Notes under the pieces: generated by a model
What the model saw: only the letters and a program-made list of their open reading frames with translations
Databases searched by the model: none
Told to the model about the DNA's origin: nothing
Source of the DNA: the human T2T-CHM13v2.0 reference genome, Homo sapiens
Strand: one strand, 5' to 3'
NCBI RefSeq assembly: GCF_009914755.1
Contig: NC_060936.1
Length of the DNA stretch: 64,000 bases
Shown here: piece by piece, positions 15,971-29,632 of the stretch
Position numbering within the stretch: the first letter of the stretch is position 1
Layout: each line of letters begins with the position of its first letter
Position numbers and translations under genes: made by a program

Positions 15971-16386
15971 TGATGCAGGATTTTTTGCTCCCTAATTCAG
16001 CTAAAATCCAGGTTCTTGTCACATGACCACGAAAAATTAAGCATGTGGACACATTGAAAGGTGAGGAGAGTGAAATTTATTAAAAGAAAGCTCTCAGTGA
16101 AGAAAAGGGGGCCTGCCAACAGGCTCCCAACTGACAGACTGAATGCCCGGCCAGCACACACGAGGTGAAGAGGCTAGGCTCCTCTGCCGTGCTCAAGGTG
16201 CGAATTCCCGGTGGCTCCACCCCACTCTCCCAGTGCGCGGGCGGTCCCCCAGTCAGATGTGGGCATGCCCAGACAAGGCCCTGGGCAGGTTCTCTCATAT
16301 GCACGAAAAGCATCTGATGTAAACACTTGTGGGGTGAGTTGGAGATTCTCTGAGTACCCTCCCTCATCTGCCTCCTGAATCTATCA
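15971..16386 (-). mobile_element. MER61-family solo LTR (ERV1)
   Basis: TG...CA termini (TGATGCAGGA / CTATCA) with 4-bp TSD AGAG at 15967-15970 and 16387-16390. MER61-type sequence including its p53-like motif. Confidence 0.78.
16261..16292. promoter_or_regulatory. Candidate p53-family response element
   Basis: GGGCATGCCC (perfect RRRCWWGYYY) plus AGACAAGGCC (1 mismatch) with zero spacer. Third half-site-like GGGCAGGTTC at 16283-16292. Confidence 0.6.
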
Positions 16387-16559
16387 AGAGTACATTATAT
16401 TTCCGATGGAATAGGGTGACTTTATTCATGAAAGGCATAAATGCAGTCAACTAAGGTAGAATCATTTTTTAAAGAATCTGCTTATTAATTAGAGAGGCAT
16501 CCATAGAACATCTTTTGGACCAAGTCTTCTGATTTGCTAGGAAATGTCCTCTTTCTCTG

Positions 16560-17030
16560 TGTTCTGGGAATTTGGAGCTCACCTCCTCAATCCATATGAA
16601 GATACAGTCTTCCTCAACTGTGACACTCTTCTCTCCTCTTAGGGATAGACATTCATTCTAGGGACATGCTGGGGACCAAACTGGGCCAATGAGACTCCTT
16701 CCTTTGAGATTTGGAATTGAGACCAAAGATTTCAACTCTTTCAAACATAGGAGATATAATCTAGTGTGGGAGTTGTTGATGGTTAATACTTTCTGCTCCA
16801 TGTCCCGAAAAACAGGGAGAGACAGTGTGCAGAGACTGAAGAATGAAGGAGACTTGGAGGGGAAGCTGAGGCCTGCGAAGGAGGGCCTCTTGGTTTCCTG
16901 ATGGTGTGTGGGGCCTTGCTTCCAGCTGGCCATTGAAGTCCTGCTGTATCTCTGTCCTTGGGTTCTGTGAGGCAAACTCATTACTTATTATAAATCCCCC
17001 ATTCCCCACCAGTCTAGCTCATTTGGGTCT
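16560..17030 (+). mobile_element. LTR16-like ERVL LTR; 3' end resumes at 18448-18485 after the MER4 insertion
   Basis: GACCAAACTGGGCCAATGAGACTCCTTCC. The end GGGTCT|CTATCACTTGC...CTAACAAATATA is split by the MER4 LTR. Confidence 0.55.
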
Positions 17031-17465
17031 TGAAGACTAAACACTGACTTTTTTTTTCTTATATTGCCCAAATTCCTACCTAAGGGGCCTGGGGGAGACA
17101 CACCCTGCAAACCATAAAGTCTCATCAGAGAGGTTTTATTTAACCCTCTATAATCTGACCTTCTTTCTCACCTGACTCTGGCATAACATCACATAACAAG
17201 GAAATAAATCAAAATATTTTAAAACCCAAGTGTATTTCCTTGTCATATTCTTGAAATGGCCCTGCAAAGTTGTCTCTTTTGGGAAAAATCCACATTCTGT
17301 AGAGAACCGCCTTTCCCTGCCCTTTTTTTTTTCTTTCCAGATCCAGGAGATAATCAACTAAGAGTCAGGCATCCTTTTAAATCCGATAAGAAAACATTGT
17401 ACAGCCTCTTCTCTCTGAAGCCTGCTAGCTAAAAGCTTCCTCTACACAATAAAACTTTGGTCTCT

Positions 17466-18069
<604 letters not shown>

Positions 18070-19529
18070 AAAACTGTGGTCTCCACAAGCCAACCCAAAC
18101 ATTTCCTTTCTACCGATCCCAGGTCCTTAGACAAACTCAACCAACTGTCAATCAGAAAATGTTTAAATTTACCAATAGCCTAGACGCTCCTCCCAACCCC
18201 CCGCCCCCCACCCCACAACCCTCCAAGTTGTCCCACCCTTCTGAACCAAACCAATGTACATTTTAAATGTATTTGATTGATGTCTCATGTCTCCCCAAAT
18301 TGTATAAAACCAGGCTGTGCCCTAATCACTTTGGGCACATGATCTCAGGATCTTCTGAGGGCTGTGTCATAGGCCATGGTCACTCATGTTTGGCCCAGAA
18401 TAAATCTCTTTAAAATATTGTACAGAGTTTGACTCCTTTTGTCAACAGTCTCTATCACTTGCCATGAAATGTTCTAACAAATATACTTTTTTAAAAGTAA
18501 GTTTTAGGCTTCTCAGGCCTGCCAATTTCTCTCCAACTACCCATGAGAAATCTCAGAAAGACAAAGAGGAGGAGGAGGAGGGGAAGTTCTTTCTTCCCTA
18601 GCAGAGAAGCAGACACTATTTAGCAGCATTAAGGTATTTCTGATAAAGGGATGAATCGAGGACGTTCACAAAAGTCCCGGTCTTAATATTCTGTTCAGTT
18701 TGGAGACACTTGTAAAAATGTATAACCCTGTTCTCCTTTCTGTTATTAAAAACTCTCTGTGAAAGATATTTGTACAAAGGAGTCTTTTCAGAGTGGCTAT
18801 GTCCTCTGAAGTTTCTCTATATCCTCTGGCAGTCTGCAATTCTAATTGGTTATCTTAGAACTTGTTTCCCTAGTAATTGTATTCAAACTGACATCTCCAC
18901 TATTTAAAAGGCAATTACATGTTTGCCAGATTTCTTTGTTAAGCCAGAAGAGAAGTTTAAAATGGCCTTTCCCTCTGCTTTATGGTCAAATGAAGAGCAC
19001 ATTCATGATTCTCTTGGTCTCCTTTTTCAAACAGGTAGGTGAGAGTTTTTGTCTCATTAACTAGAATCAGTTGGGGTTGTAACTACTTCCCATTCTTATT
19101 GCTTCCCATCCTATTGCTGTCATACAATTTATTTTCATTAACTGATCCCTAATACTGGGAAATGCATTTAAATTCCATGAGTCCTTATTTCCTATTCTTT
19201 CCCACACCATATTTAAAAGATGAGTGTTTTCATTTCTGTAACATAGGCTTGCTGTGTGTGAGGATTCTCAGGGGCTGGGCATCAGTGCTACTTGAAGAAA
19301 AACTAATTTGATTTTTATGTTCTCTTGGGGAAGTGGAAAACTCTGCAAAATTTCATTTTGTGAAGAAAGCAAACTCATTTCTGGGTGCATGTCCAAATAA
19401 TATTTATTTTGTCTGATATGTTTGAGTGGTATCTTCTGGATTTTAGAGGTTTGCCTGGTTCTAGGGGTTTTTGTATGATATGTAGTCCAGGCCTGGGTAA
19501 CACCAAGGTTTCTCATGCTAATGTGGGCT

Positions 19530-19880
19530 CACAGTGATTGAAACTGTAAGAGCAGACTGGAGCAGGGAACAGGGAGGACTAAAGCAGCTGTGGGCTGTGT
19601 AGACATTTCTCTCTCTTCACATAGCCTCTGACTTTCTCCATTTGGTCTTTCTGCATGAGTTAGTTTGGGTGTTCTCACATCATCATGGCCTTAGGGTATT
19701 TGGATTTCTCATATGGCAGTTCAGGGTTACAAAACAGAGTGTTCCAGCCAAAAAGACAGAAGCTGCGTAACGTTTAATGACTCAGCTTCAGAAGTCATAT
19801 AGTGTCACTTCTGCTGCATCCTACTGGTTACAAGCAAGTCATAAGCCTGCCCAGATCTGAGATACTGATGAGGCAAAGTT
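19530..19880 (-). mobile_element. MLT1 (J/K-like) LTR fragment
   Basis: CAGAAGTCATATAGTGTCACTTCTGCTGCATCCTACTGGTTACAAGCAAGTCATAAGCCTGCCCAGAT. Confidence 0.6.
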
Positions 19881-20071
19881 CTAGGAGTATCAGACAATGT
19901 TGTATATTTTTTATTTTTGACTGTCATAGATATTTAAAATAACTGAAGAGGAGAAAGTAGACAACTAAGTAAATATAATGGACTATTTTCCCTTCTTCAT
20001 TTCTGAGGTTCCAGGTTTTGCTATGGTATCATTGTACTCTCATGTGAAGAACTTCTTTTAGTATTCCTTTT

Positions 20072-20419
20072 AGAGCAGGTGCTCTGGCAAAGAATGCTAT
20101 AAATTTTGCTTCATCTGAGAATATCTCTGTTTTATTGTCATCCCCAAGGTATATTTTCACTTGATTTAGAATTCTGAGTTGACAGTTCTCATCTTTTACC
20201 CCTTTGAAAAACGTCATTCTACTTCCTTCTAGCTTCCATGATTTCAGAGCAGGCGCTCTGGCAAAGAATGCTAGAAGTTTTGCTTCATCTGAGAATATCT
20301 CTATTTTATTGTCATCCCCAAGGTATATTTTCACTTGATTTAGAATTCTGAATTGACAGTTCTCTTCTTTAACCCCTTTGAAAAATGTCATTCTACTTCC
20401 TTCTAGCTTCCATGATTTC
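20072..20419. repeat. 174-bp tandem duplication (2 copies, 8 differences by my count)
   Basis: 20072-20245 and 20246-20419 both run AGAGCAGG(T/C)GCTCTGG...CTTCCATGATTTC. Confidence 0.95.
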
Positions 20420-21014
20420 TGATGAGAAATATGCAATCATTAAACTTACTGATCCTCCACTTAGATGTATCCTTTTTCCTCTGGCTACTTTCAGCAGCAT
20501 GATTATGATGTCTCTAGGCATGACTTTTTATCTTTTATTTATTTATTTATTTATTTATTTATTTTAGTTCATCTTGTTTGAGGTTTTCTTAGATTCCTTT
20601 ATCCGCACCTTTATATCTTTTACCAAATCTAGGAAGTTTTCAACTTCTATTGAAATATTTTTTTTCTGTGTCACACCCTTCCTTCTCTCCTTCTAATATT
20701 ATAATGATATAAACATTATAACTTTGGTATTGTTTCACAGGTCCTTGAAGTATTGTTAATTTTTTAAAAAAACTTTTCCTCTACATTGTTCAGAGAGAGT
20801 AATTTCAATTCACCTATCTTCAAATTCACTGAGTTTTTCCTCTGTCATCTCCATTCTGCTATGGAAGCCATCTAGTGAATTTTAAATTTTATTTTGTTTT
20901 GCATATCTAAAATTTCCATTTAGTGTGTTTTTTTATGTGTTTTTATTTTTATATCTTCTATTCCTCTTTGAAGACCTTATATCTTTCCACTGGTTTAAAG
21001 GGAGGGAGTTTATG

Positions 21015-21400
21015 AATTTGCTAAAGAAAATGTGGTACACCATGGAATGCTACGCAGACATAAAAAATAATTAAATCGTGTTCTTTGCAGCAACATGGAT
21101 ACAGATAGAGGCCATTATCCTAAGCAAATTAATGCAGGAACAGAAAAGCAATTACTGCATATTCTCATTTGTAAGTGGAAGCTCAACAGTGGTACTCATG
21201 GACATAAAGATGGCAACATAGACATTGGGGACTATTAGAGGGGCAAGAGATGGAGGGGGATACGTGTTAAAAAACTATTGGGTACTATGCTTAGGACTTG
21301 GGTGACATGATCAGTTGTACCCCAAACCTCAGTATCACACAGTATATGCAGATAACAAGCCTGTATATGTACCCTCTGAATCTAAAATAAAAGTTGACAT
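21015..21400 (+). mobile_element. L1PA15/16-like 3' end
   Basis: AAAGAAAATGTGGTAC...TTTGCAGCAACATGGAT...CCCCAAACCTCAGTATCAC...CTCTGAATCTAAAATAAAAGTTG. Confidence 0.8.
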
Positions 21401-23044
21401 TATTTTTTTTCAAAGAGTGTTTGTCCTCATCTCTTGAAGTGTGGTTATAAAAGCTGTCTGAGAATTCTAACATCTATATAATCTTGGAGTTAACAACTAT
21501 TAATTGTCTTCTCTCTTGTGAAATGTTGAGATTTGCCTGATTCTTCAAGTGCTAAGTAATTTTGGATTATATATTGAACATCTTGACTATTAATTTATGT
21601 GACTCTGAATCCTGTTTAAATCATATGAAATAGATTTTTTTTATTTTTGTAGTTAATCAACCCTTTAAATCCTATGAAATGGATTTTTAAAACAATTTTT
21701 GTAGTTAATCAACCCAGTTAGGTTTAGACTACAAGTTCCTACTATCCTTCTGTGGGCTATAGTTCTAATTCAGTTCCATTTTCATATCTTTACAGTGCTA
21801 TTTGGATTTGTCCCAGGTCTGGGCCACCCCATAGCCAGTCTTGGACTTGTGTAGTGGCCTACCCTATAATTCAGTTATCAAATCCTTTAGTATGCTATTT
21901 AGGGTCAGATTTATGCATGTGCACCTTGGGGGTTAGCCCAGAAGTTTGTACAATTTTATAGGATTATTTTCTTGAACTTTGTTATTTTCACAATCACCTT
22001 GATACTTTCAAGCTCCTAGCATAACCCCTTCCTGGTTCACTGGCTAGAAATCCAGGGCTTTTGATTCCTTGCCCTGCCGTGCACAGCATTTCCATTTGGG
22101 GCTAAGCAGTGAGGAAATATATAAAGAAAAATAGAGATATAGAGAAATCCAAATATATAGTCTTACATTCTTGAGACTATAGTTCCTTTGATCACACTAA
22201 ATAATTCTCTTGGAGTTTTAGACACCAGCCTGGCTGCTTTTCTTGTTACAAGATTGCCAGGGGACGGTACAAGAGAGAATGAAAAATGGGGGCAAAAAAA
22301 CCAGAAAATTTTCTCTACTATCTCTGACCCATAAGGACCCTCTTTTCCACTCTGTGGACCAAATTAGAGGACTCCTCTTGGAGTACTTTCTTTCTGCACC
22401 CATTGTGCGGTTCCAGATTTCAGACTGCCTTTGAGTCCAGGACAGGAGATACTGGAGGAGGGATAACAGAAAGCTTACCACCAGTTCGGCAGTACTTCAA
22501 GTTCTGGTTTCCTTCCCTAGTCTGTCATGACCATACACTTTCCAGAGTCCTTAGATAACTGCTCTGTGCATTCTTTCCAGAGTTTTTAGCTGCATTCAGT
22601 GGGAGAGAGAGGATGAAGTACACTTACTTTACTGTGACACTCTGTTTAATAGCTAATATCTGCTTTTTCTTCTCTTAGGCTTCCTTTTCCTTTCTATTAT
22701 TATTTGAGTTAGATTTTTAATCTGGCCTATCATCAAAGCTTGTGGAACCAAATGGAATGATTCCATAATTTGTTGTGTTGGTACTATGTTAACACTACAC
22801 TGCCATATTGCTGCCAACAGTGCTTTTATTTTTAATTGCATTCATAAGGGTTATTTGACATAGTTTTCTCTAGTGAAACAGCAAACAACAATGAAAATAA
22901 GAACTTACCTCTTAATCTGCAAAACCAAACCAAGTAAAAATTCTCAAAAGATTCTTGGATCTGTAAACTATCAGTGTTCCTGGGTCTTATTTGGAAACAT
23001 AAAATAATGAGACTGCCTAGATTAAAAAGAAAATTATATTGGAT

Positions 23045-23428
23045 TTTTATGGTTTGAAATTTGTGTCCCCGCCCAAATCTCATGTCAAATTGTCATCCTC
23101 AGTGTTGGAGGAGGGTCTTGGTGAGAGGTGATTGGATCATGGGGTTGGATTTCCCCTTTGCTGTTCTCATGATAGTGAGTGAGTTCTCATGAGATCTGGT
23201 TGTTTAAAAGTATGTAGCCCCTCACCCTACTCTCTTGTTCTCTTTCTCCAGCTGCGTAAGATATGCCTGCTTCCTGTTTGCCTTATGCCATGATTGTAAG
23301 TTTCCTGAGGCCTCCCCAGCCATGCTTCTATACAGCCTGTGGAACCATGGGTCGATTAAACCTCTTTTCATTACAAATTACCCAGTCTCAAGTAGTTCTT
23401 TATAGCAATGCAAAAACGGACAAATACA
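23045..23428 (+). mobile_element. MSTA/MSTB solo LTR
   Basis: TATGGTTTG...CCCAAATCTCATGTCAAATTGT...CGGACAAATACA. 5-bp TSD TGGAT at 23040-23044 and 23429-23433. Confidence 0.85.
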
Positions 23429-23773
23429 TGGATTGTTTTTGGATTCTGAAGATTCAGTGCTATGGATTTCACATGAGTTTGGCTATTTTGATTAAAATGT
23501 GGCTGTTTGTCTTTCCATCTCTGCTTTGTTTCATATTTCAGACTCTGGCTCTCACTCACTATTTATGTCTCTTTGCCCTTTGAAATCACCGTTCTTGGTC
23601 CTGCTGCTGTCCCACTACATTCTACCACTCAGTTGGTACTAGGGTGATGGTGGAATCATAGGCCTCCAATGAACCTCAAAAGCTATCTAGTCCAATCTCC
23701 TATCTGATGCAATGGCTAATTACTCTTGGAAAAGAAGTCTCTATTATTTAATTGACCTTCTCCTTAAATTTCA

Positions 23774-24098
<325 letters not shown>

Positions 24099-24679
24099 AA
24101 AAATGTGAACTCTAACAAGTTTATGCAGAATAAATACACATCACTTATTTTTAATAATCATAAATGTTTTTACTAAAACTACTATTTTGAGTTTATCCAA
24201 AAAACTCAATAATATAATAATAATTATTTTCAATGAGTTGCTGGTTTAAGTGAAACAATATAACTATACACACAGGAAAAGGACAGGCACAGGTCTATAC
24301 TCTCAATAAGTGCTGAAGGAAAGGGAAGCCTCGGGAATGTTTGGTCAAAAACCTCTGCTGGGTGATGTAGTCTTTAAGCTTTCCCTTGATGAGAGTGGCT
24401 CAGCTGGAGAGATGGAATGGAGGGGGTTAGGAGAGGGCCCTTCAGGCAGAAATGGAACAACCAGATCTAGACTCACAATGGAAATAAGAAAAGCATAAAT
24501 AAGAAAAGCATGAATAACAGAAAGTGAAGGAATGAGAATGAGTGGCACTGATGTATGTCCTACTCTGAAAGGTAAAAAGACACGGAGTTCCAATAGCCAA
24601 GCTCTACCTTTCCGGAAGACGGAGAAACACATTTGGAAAGAATACAAAGCATATGGGCCTGGGGTTTAGGAATGAGAAA

Positions 24680-24905
24680 GCATCACATTTTAGGATGGGT
24701 GATGGTTAAATGTTCAGCCTTGCCATAGGACCAACCTGGATTTAAAGTTTAGGTCTTCTTCCTGCTGGCTGTGTGACCTCTCTCAGGAAAGGTTGTGTGT
24801 TTCCTCTCTAGGAAAGTTATGCCTACCTCATCAAATAACATGTTTGTAAAATACTCAGAGTAATGGCTGGCACAAAGTAAACACTTAGTAAATGGTAGCT
24901 CTTCT
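24680..24905 (+). mobile_element. MIR SINE
   Basis: CTGGCTGTGTGACCT...TGGCTGGCACAAAGTAAACACTTAGTAAATGGTAGCT. Confidence 0.6.
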
Positions 24906-25019
24906 TCTTACTATTATTTTTATGGAAGCTCTGAAGTGGTTGAAGATGGGCTTGCCCCCCTCATTTCTACAGCAATTCATTAAGGAAATATTTTCCAACT
25001 TGGGAACTTTTGTCTTCGT

Positions 25020-25342
25020 TATTATTATTTTTGTTATCATTATCTTTTGAGACAGGGTCTTGCTCTGTCACCCAGGCTGGAGTGCAGTGGCGCAACCACA
25101 GTTCACTGCAACCTTGACCTCCCAGGCTCGAGTGATCCTCCCACCTTAGCATCCTGAGTAGCTGAGATTACAGGCACTTGCCATCATACCTGGCTAATTC
25201 TCATATTTTTTGTAGAGACAGGGTTTCGGGTTTCTCCATGTTGCTCAGGGTAGTCTCAAACTGGGCTCAAGTGATCCTACTGCCTTAGCCTCCCAAAGTG
25301 CTGTGATTACAGGCTTACAGGAGTGAGCCACCATGCCTGGCC
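25020..25342 (-). mobile_element. AluJ
   Basis: GAGACAGGGTCTTGCTC and GGCTCGAGTGATCCTCCCACC. Confidence 0.9.
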
Positions 25343-27964
25343 TCTTTGTTATTATTAATTAGCATTCATATAACATATGAATTAGCATTCATATAACTTA
25401 ATGTTCCAAATGTTCTGACAAAAATTTGTTTGCAACTTTAATACCACTCCTGACAGAAGGTAGGTGCTACAACAAAAGAGGAGTAAGGAGAACATAATTA
25501 AAAGAGCATATTGAGATAAGTAATTTATGACCCAAAGTATGGATCTGAACACTGCACCAACCAAGACTGTGTGCTGACAATGTGTCCATTTTTCTAACCC
25601 AACTGGTTACCACTAAATCCCCTCACCTGTTGTGCATGGACTGTCCCTTCAGCAGAAGTGCCTGGAATTACTTTGTTTCTACATAAAAATTTTACAGTGT
25701 TCAACTGATACCCTGAAATCTTTGCAAGGAGTTACATGCTGTTTCAAAGATTCATAAGGAAATTGACTATTTGAATTTAGAAGTGCATTTTCCCATAAAA
25801 ACTTGATTTAAACAGTTTACTTCTGAGGTGAGTCCACCAAATGAATGCATAATGCAACTGAAAAATTAAATATTTTAAAATAGAAAGGCAGTTTAAAAAA
25901 ACTGGTATAATATTGGCTATTAAGCAGAATAGGAAAATAGTGTTTGTCAATGAAACAGTAGCCCCAGGTTCAGTCCTCTGCTCGGCTACTCTCTGGTTGT
26001 GTGAATCTGACCAGATCATTTTACCTCTCCATCCCACAGTTTCTTCATCTGTAAATGAAAGCGTAGGAAGACTTTTAAAAAGTCTTTCCTATTCCTATAC
26101 CCACTAAAACGAACTGAAAGAAGCTAATTATAGAAGGAAACTGTCTACAGTGAAACTAAGAAAGGCTCTAACCTCATGCTACTAACTCATCAACATCATC
26201 CACAAAGATGATCATCCACAAAGAACATCACGTGAAGTGACCTAAAAGAGAAGCAGCGTTCTGATGCAGGACTCTCTTGCTCCTGGACACAATGAAAACT
26301 AGAGATAAGACTGAAGCACTTCTAATTCTATCCAGTTTAGAGGAACGAAGCCTTCAAAGAAAGGGTGGGCATCAGGAAAGACAGCAAACATTCTACTTTG
26401 AAACATTCCCCTGCTTAAATTATCTCCAAGAGGCTATATCTCCAGAAGTCCTACTTAGGTTGGATTTGAGGAGAGATATTTGTTAGAAGGGGGGCCTTAA
26501 AGCTGATTTTGCAAAGTACTTTACATCAGACTGAGTGAATGTCAAAGGTCAATATCAAAGAACTGGGGAGAGGGCACTAATAAAATTATGGAGCCAACAG
26601 TCCCCAGGTACCCCCTGGCTCCGCCATAGATGGAAATAATGGGACAGGAGGAGGAAGCCTTCAACAAAGGAGAAACTGTTTTCTTCTTTGTAGAAACCAC
26701 TTGGAGGGCAGTCATTGGGAAAACTCTGAAAGGCCACTGAAGCCCCAAGCTCAAATCAGCTGACAGCTGTGCAGCCCTTTGTGTCTCAGGGTCCCTAGTG
26801 TGACAAGACGAGGGGAACTTGAGGCCACAGAAATGCAGCAGTTAACCCATCTCATAGTGGGGAGGAGTGAGACCTACCAGAGGGAATAGAAATGTGTCAT
26901 GCCCAATTATTGAGGGAGCCCACATCGGCTACAAACACAGGCCTTTCTTTATAATAAGAGCAGGGGAAAATTCCCAGTAGACTGGAGAAAAATGAAGAAT
27001 CAGGAAAGAGGTCAAGCCAGGTGATCAGCAAATGGCTTCCTGTGAAATAGATTTGGGGCATCAAACAGCAGAGAACTGTAAACAAAATGTTGAACTTGAA
27101 CTCTAAATGATCTCTAAATCTCATTCCAACTCTAATATCTCGAGGATCGGTGCAAAAGAAATCTTTATCACAAATCTTGATACTTATAGAAACACAGATT
27201 TAAGTGGAAAAGAATGAAGGTGGTAAGTGAGGACTTCATGGTGATTCTGAGGGGGGCTTTGAGTACTTGCAAACACTTTGGATTCAAGGGTTTTGCTATC
27301 ATTGATTTTACCTGCATTGTGAAGGCTCTCCTAGCAGGTTGCAGAGCTGTCCAAAGAGGAGCACAACTCACTCTCTGTGGCCTACAAAAACATTGTTGAA
27401 GGCTACAGGTCCACCTGGAGGGTCTCTTGAGCATTGAGCAGAAAAACCAACACCTCTGACAAGAAGTTGCAGCTGATCAAGAACTATTGGGAGTGAGCTT
27501 CACATCACTGAGAAAAAACAAAAAACAAACCAAAAAACAACAGAAAACTATCAGGAGAAAGTCAAGTCTGAACTGAGATCCGTATGCATTACTGTCCTGC
27601 AATTTTTGGATAACTATTTACTATCCAATGCAACTAATCTAGCGAGTACGATCTTTTATCAAAAATAAAGGGAGATTACTTCCAGTACCTTTGTTGCACG
27701 TGGTGATGGTTGAAACAAATGATAGATAATTCCCAAAGAGCTTCCTAAGAGGCATTTGATATAGTAAAGAGATGTAATCCATATACATGTCTTAACATTT
27801 CTGTACTTTACTATGAGATCCTTAATAACCCAGAGCTTGCCTGCGAACTGACTAAAACCACTTTTGATAGGCCATAGAAGAACTTGATACACTGAGTGAA
27901 GATTCAAAGACAGCACCCTTATCATGCAGTTGCTTATAGAGACAACCTAACATTATGGCCATTA

Positions 27965-28417
<453 letters not shown>

Positions 28418-29599
28418 TCATTCATGCGTATGGGATCAACCCATTTACAGTCTTTTCACAATGCAGCTTTGGGAAAACTCCATTTCTTTCGTTTGTCCTG
28501 GCCCTCCTGGTGTACAGTTACTGCTATAGAAAAGTATTACTGGCTTCATTTCATATAAAATATTAGTAACTTCCACTTATATAGTGGACTAAAAATGTAC
28601 TTGATATTTAAGTAATCTGAACTAATGCTGCAAGCAATTATGTTTTGTACCACCCTAAAGATCTGAAAATACAGTTAATTACAATTCGAGAGTATTCCCT
28701 ATGTAACTTCTTGATTTCTTTATTCCCTCCCTTACTCTTCTTCAAGGGTTTCCTTTCGGTATGGAACTTTTCTGGCCTGGGGGGGAAATTGAAATGTCTC
28801 CTATATAATAGTTTATGGAGGTCACGTATATCCATAACAACAAGGTTTTCATTTGCTACTGTTTAAGTTGACAACTTCCCTTCCCAATAAAAATTCATGT
28901 ACACCTCTTGTCTTTTACTTCCAGTATTCACCTTAACTGTTTAATAGAAGTATCATGTTGCTGCGAAGATACATGCATTGCTTTAGGTAAATTAAAGTGC
29001 ATATCATTACTTAATACCCTAGAAAGCAGAAATACATTACACAAGTCCAATTCTAAAACTTTAGTACTTTTCTATGCAGATTTGTGCACATGTGAGAGGG
29101 TATCCGTTTCATTTAGTGACTGCTACTCAGAGTTGGACCAGCGTTTTTTGTTGCTAATGCACTGTGGTCCCAAAAAAGCCTTGCAAAAATGTTGTGCCCT
29201 GTGTAATAGCAGAGAAGCATAAAATAAACTTATACTTTATAAGCCGTTTACTATTGCTTTGTAACAATTGCCTACTCATATTTTAAGGAATAGGTGAGTT
29301 CACTACTTTCTGAAGTTTATCATAGTTCCCTTGTATCTTATGCAAAGTGTAGTAATGATACCCATAGTTCTGCATTGTGATACCCTTTTCTAGAGAAACC
29401 CAGAGATGTAAAAAATTGTACTACATTTCTCAGAGTGTTTTAACATAGATCAGCATCACAGGCTATCTATTCTTCAGATATAAATTATACATGTTAAGTG
29501 TTATATGGTATAAAGTGGACATTTTAAAGCTAGAAATAAAATGGAGTGTATGACAGAATCCTACTCGAAGAAATGATTATAGGGAAGGTACTAGGTCAG

Positions 29600-29632
29600 A
29601 CAGTTCCCCATTCTGGTCAGCAGGTGGCACTA
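29600..29632 (+). promoter_or_regulatory. Candidate CTCF binding site (core plus upstream motif)
   Basis: TGGTCAGCAGGTGGCACTA at 29614-29632 closely matches the core TGGCCASYAGRKGGCRSY. ACAGTTCC 6 bp upstream resembles the ZF9-11 upstream motif. Confidence 0.65.

Larger units (their letters stand above)
19890..22620 (-). mobile_element. Old L1M LINE (ORF1 and 5' region), interrupted by an L1PA 3' end
   Basis: ORF 20029-20436 (-) resembles the L1 ORF1p C-terminal domain (FKGVKEENCQFRIL...IEIFSDEAKL...PALKGILKEVL). Confidence 0.75.

Noticed and set aside
18192-18221. C-run cluster (G-quadruplex on minus strand) in the MER4 LTR
   Set aside because: Probably slippage expansion of a short C-run in the LTR, with no evidence of function.
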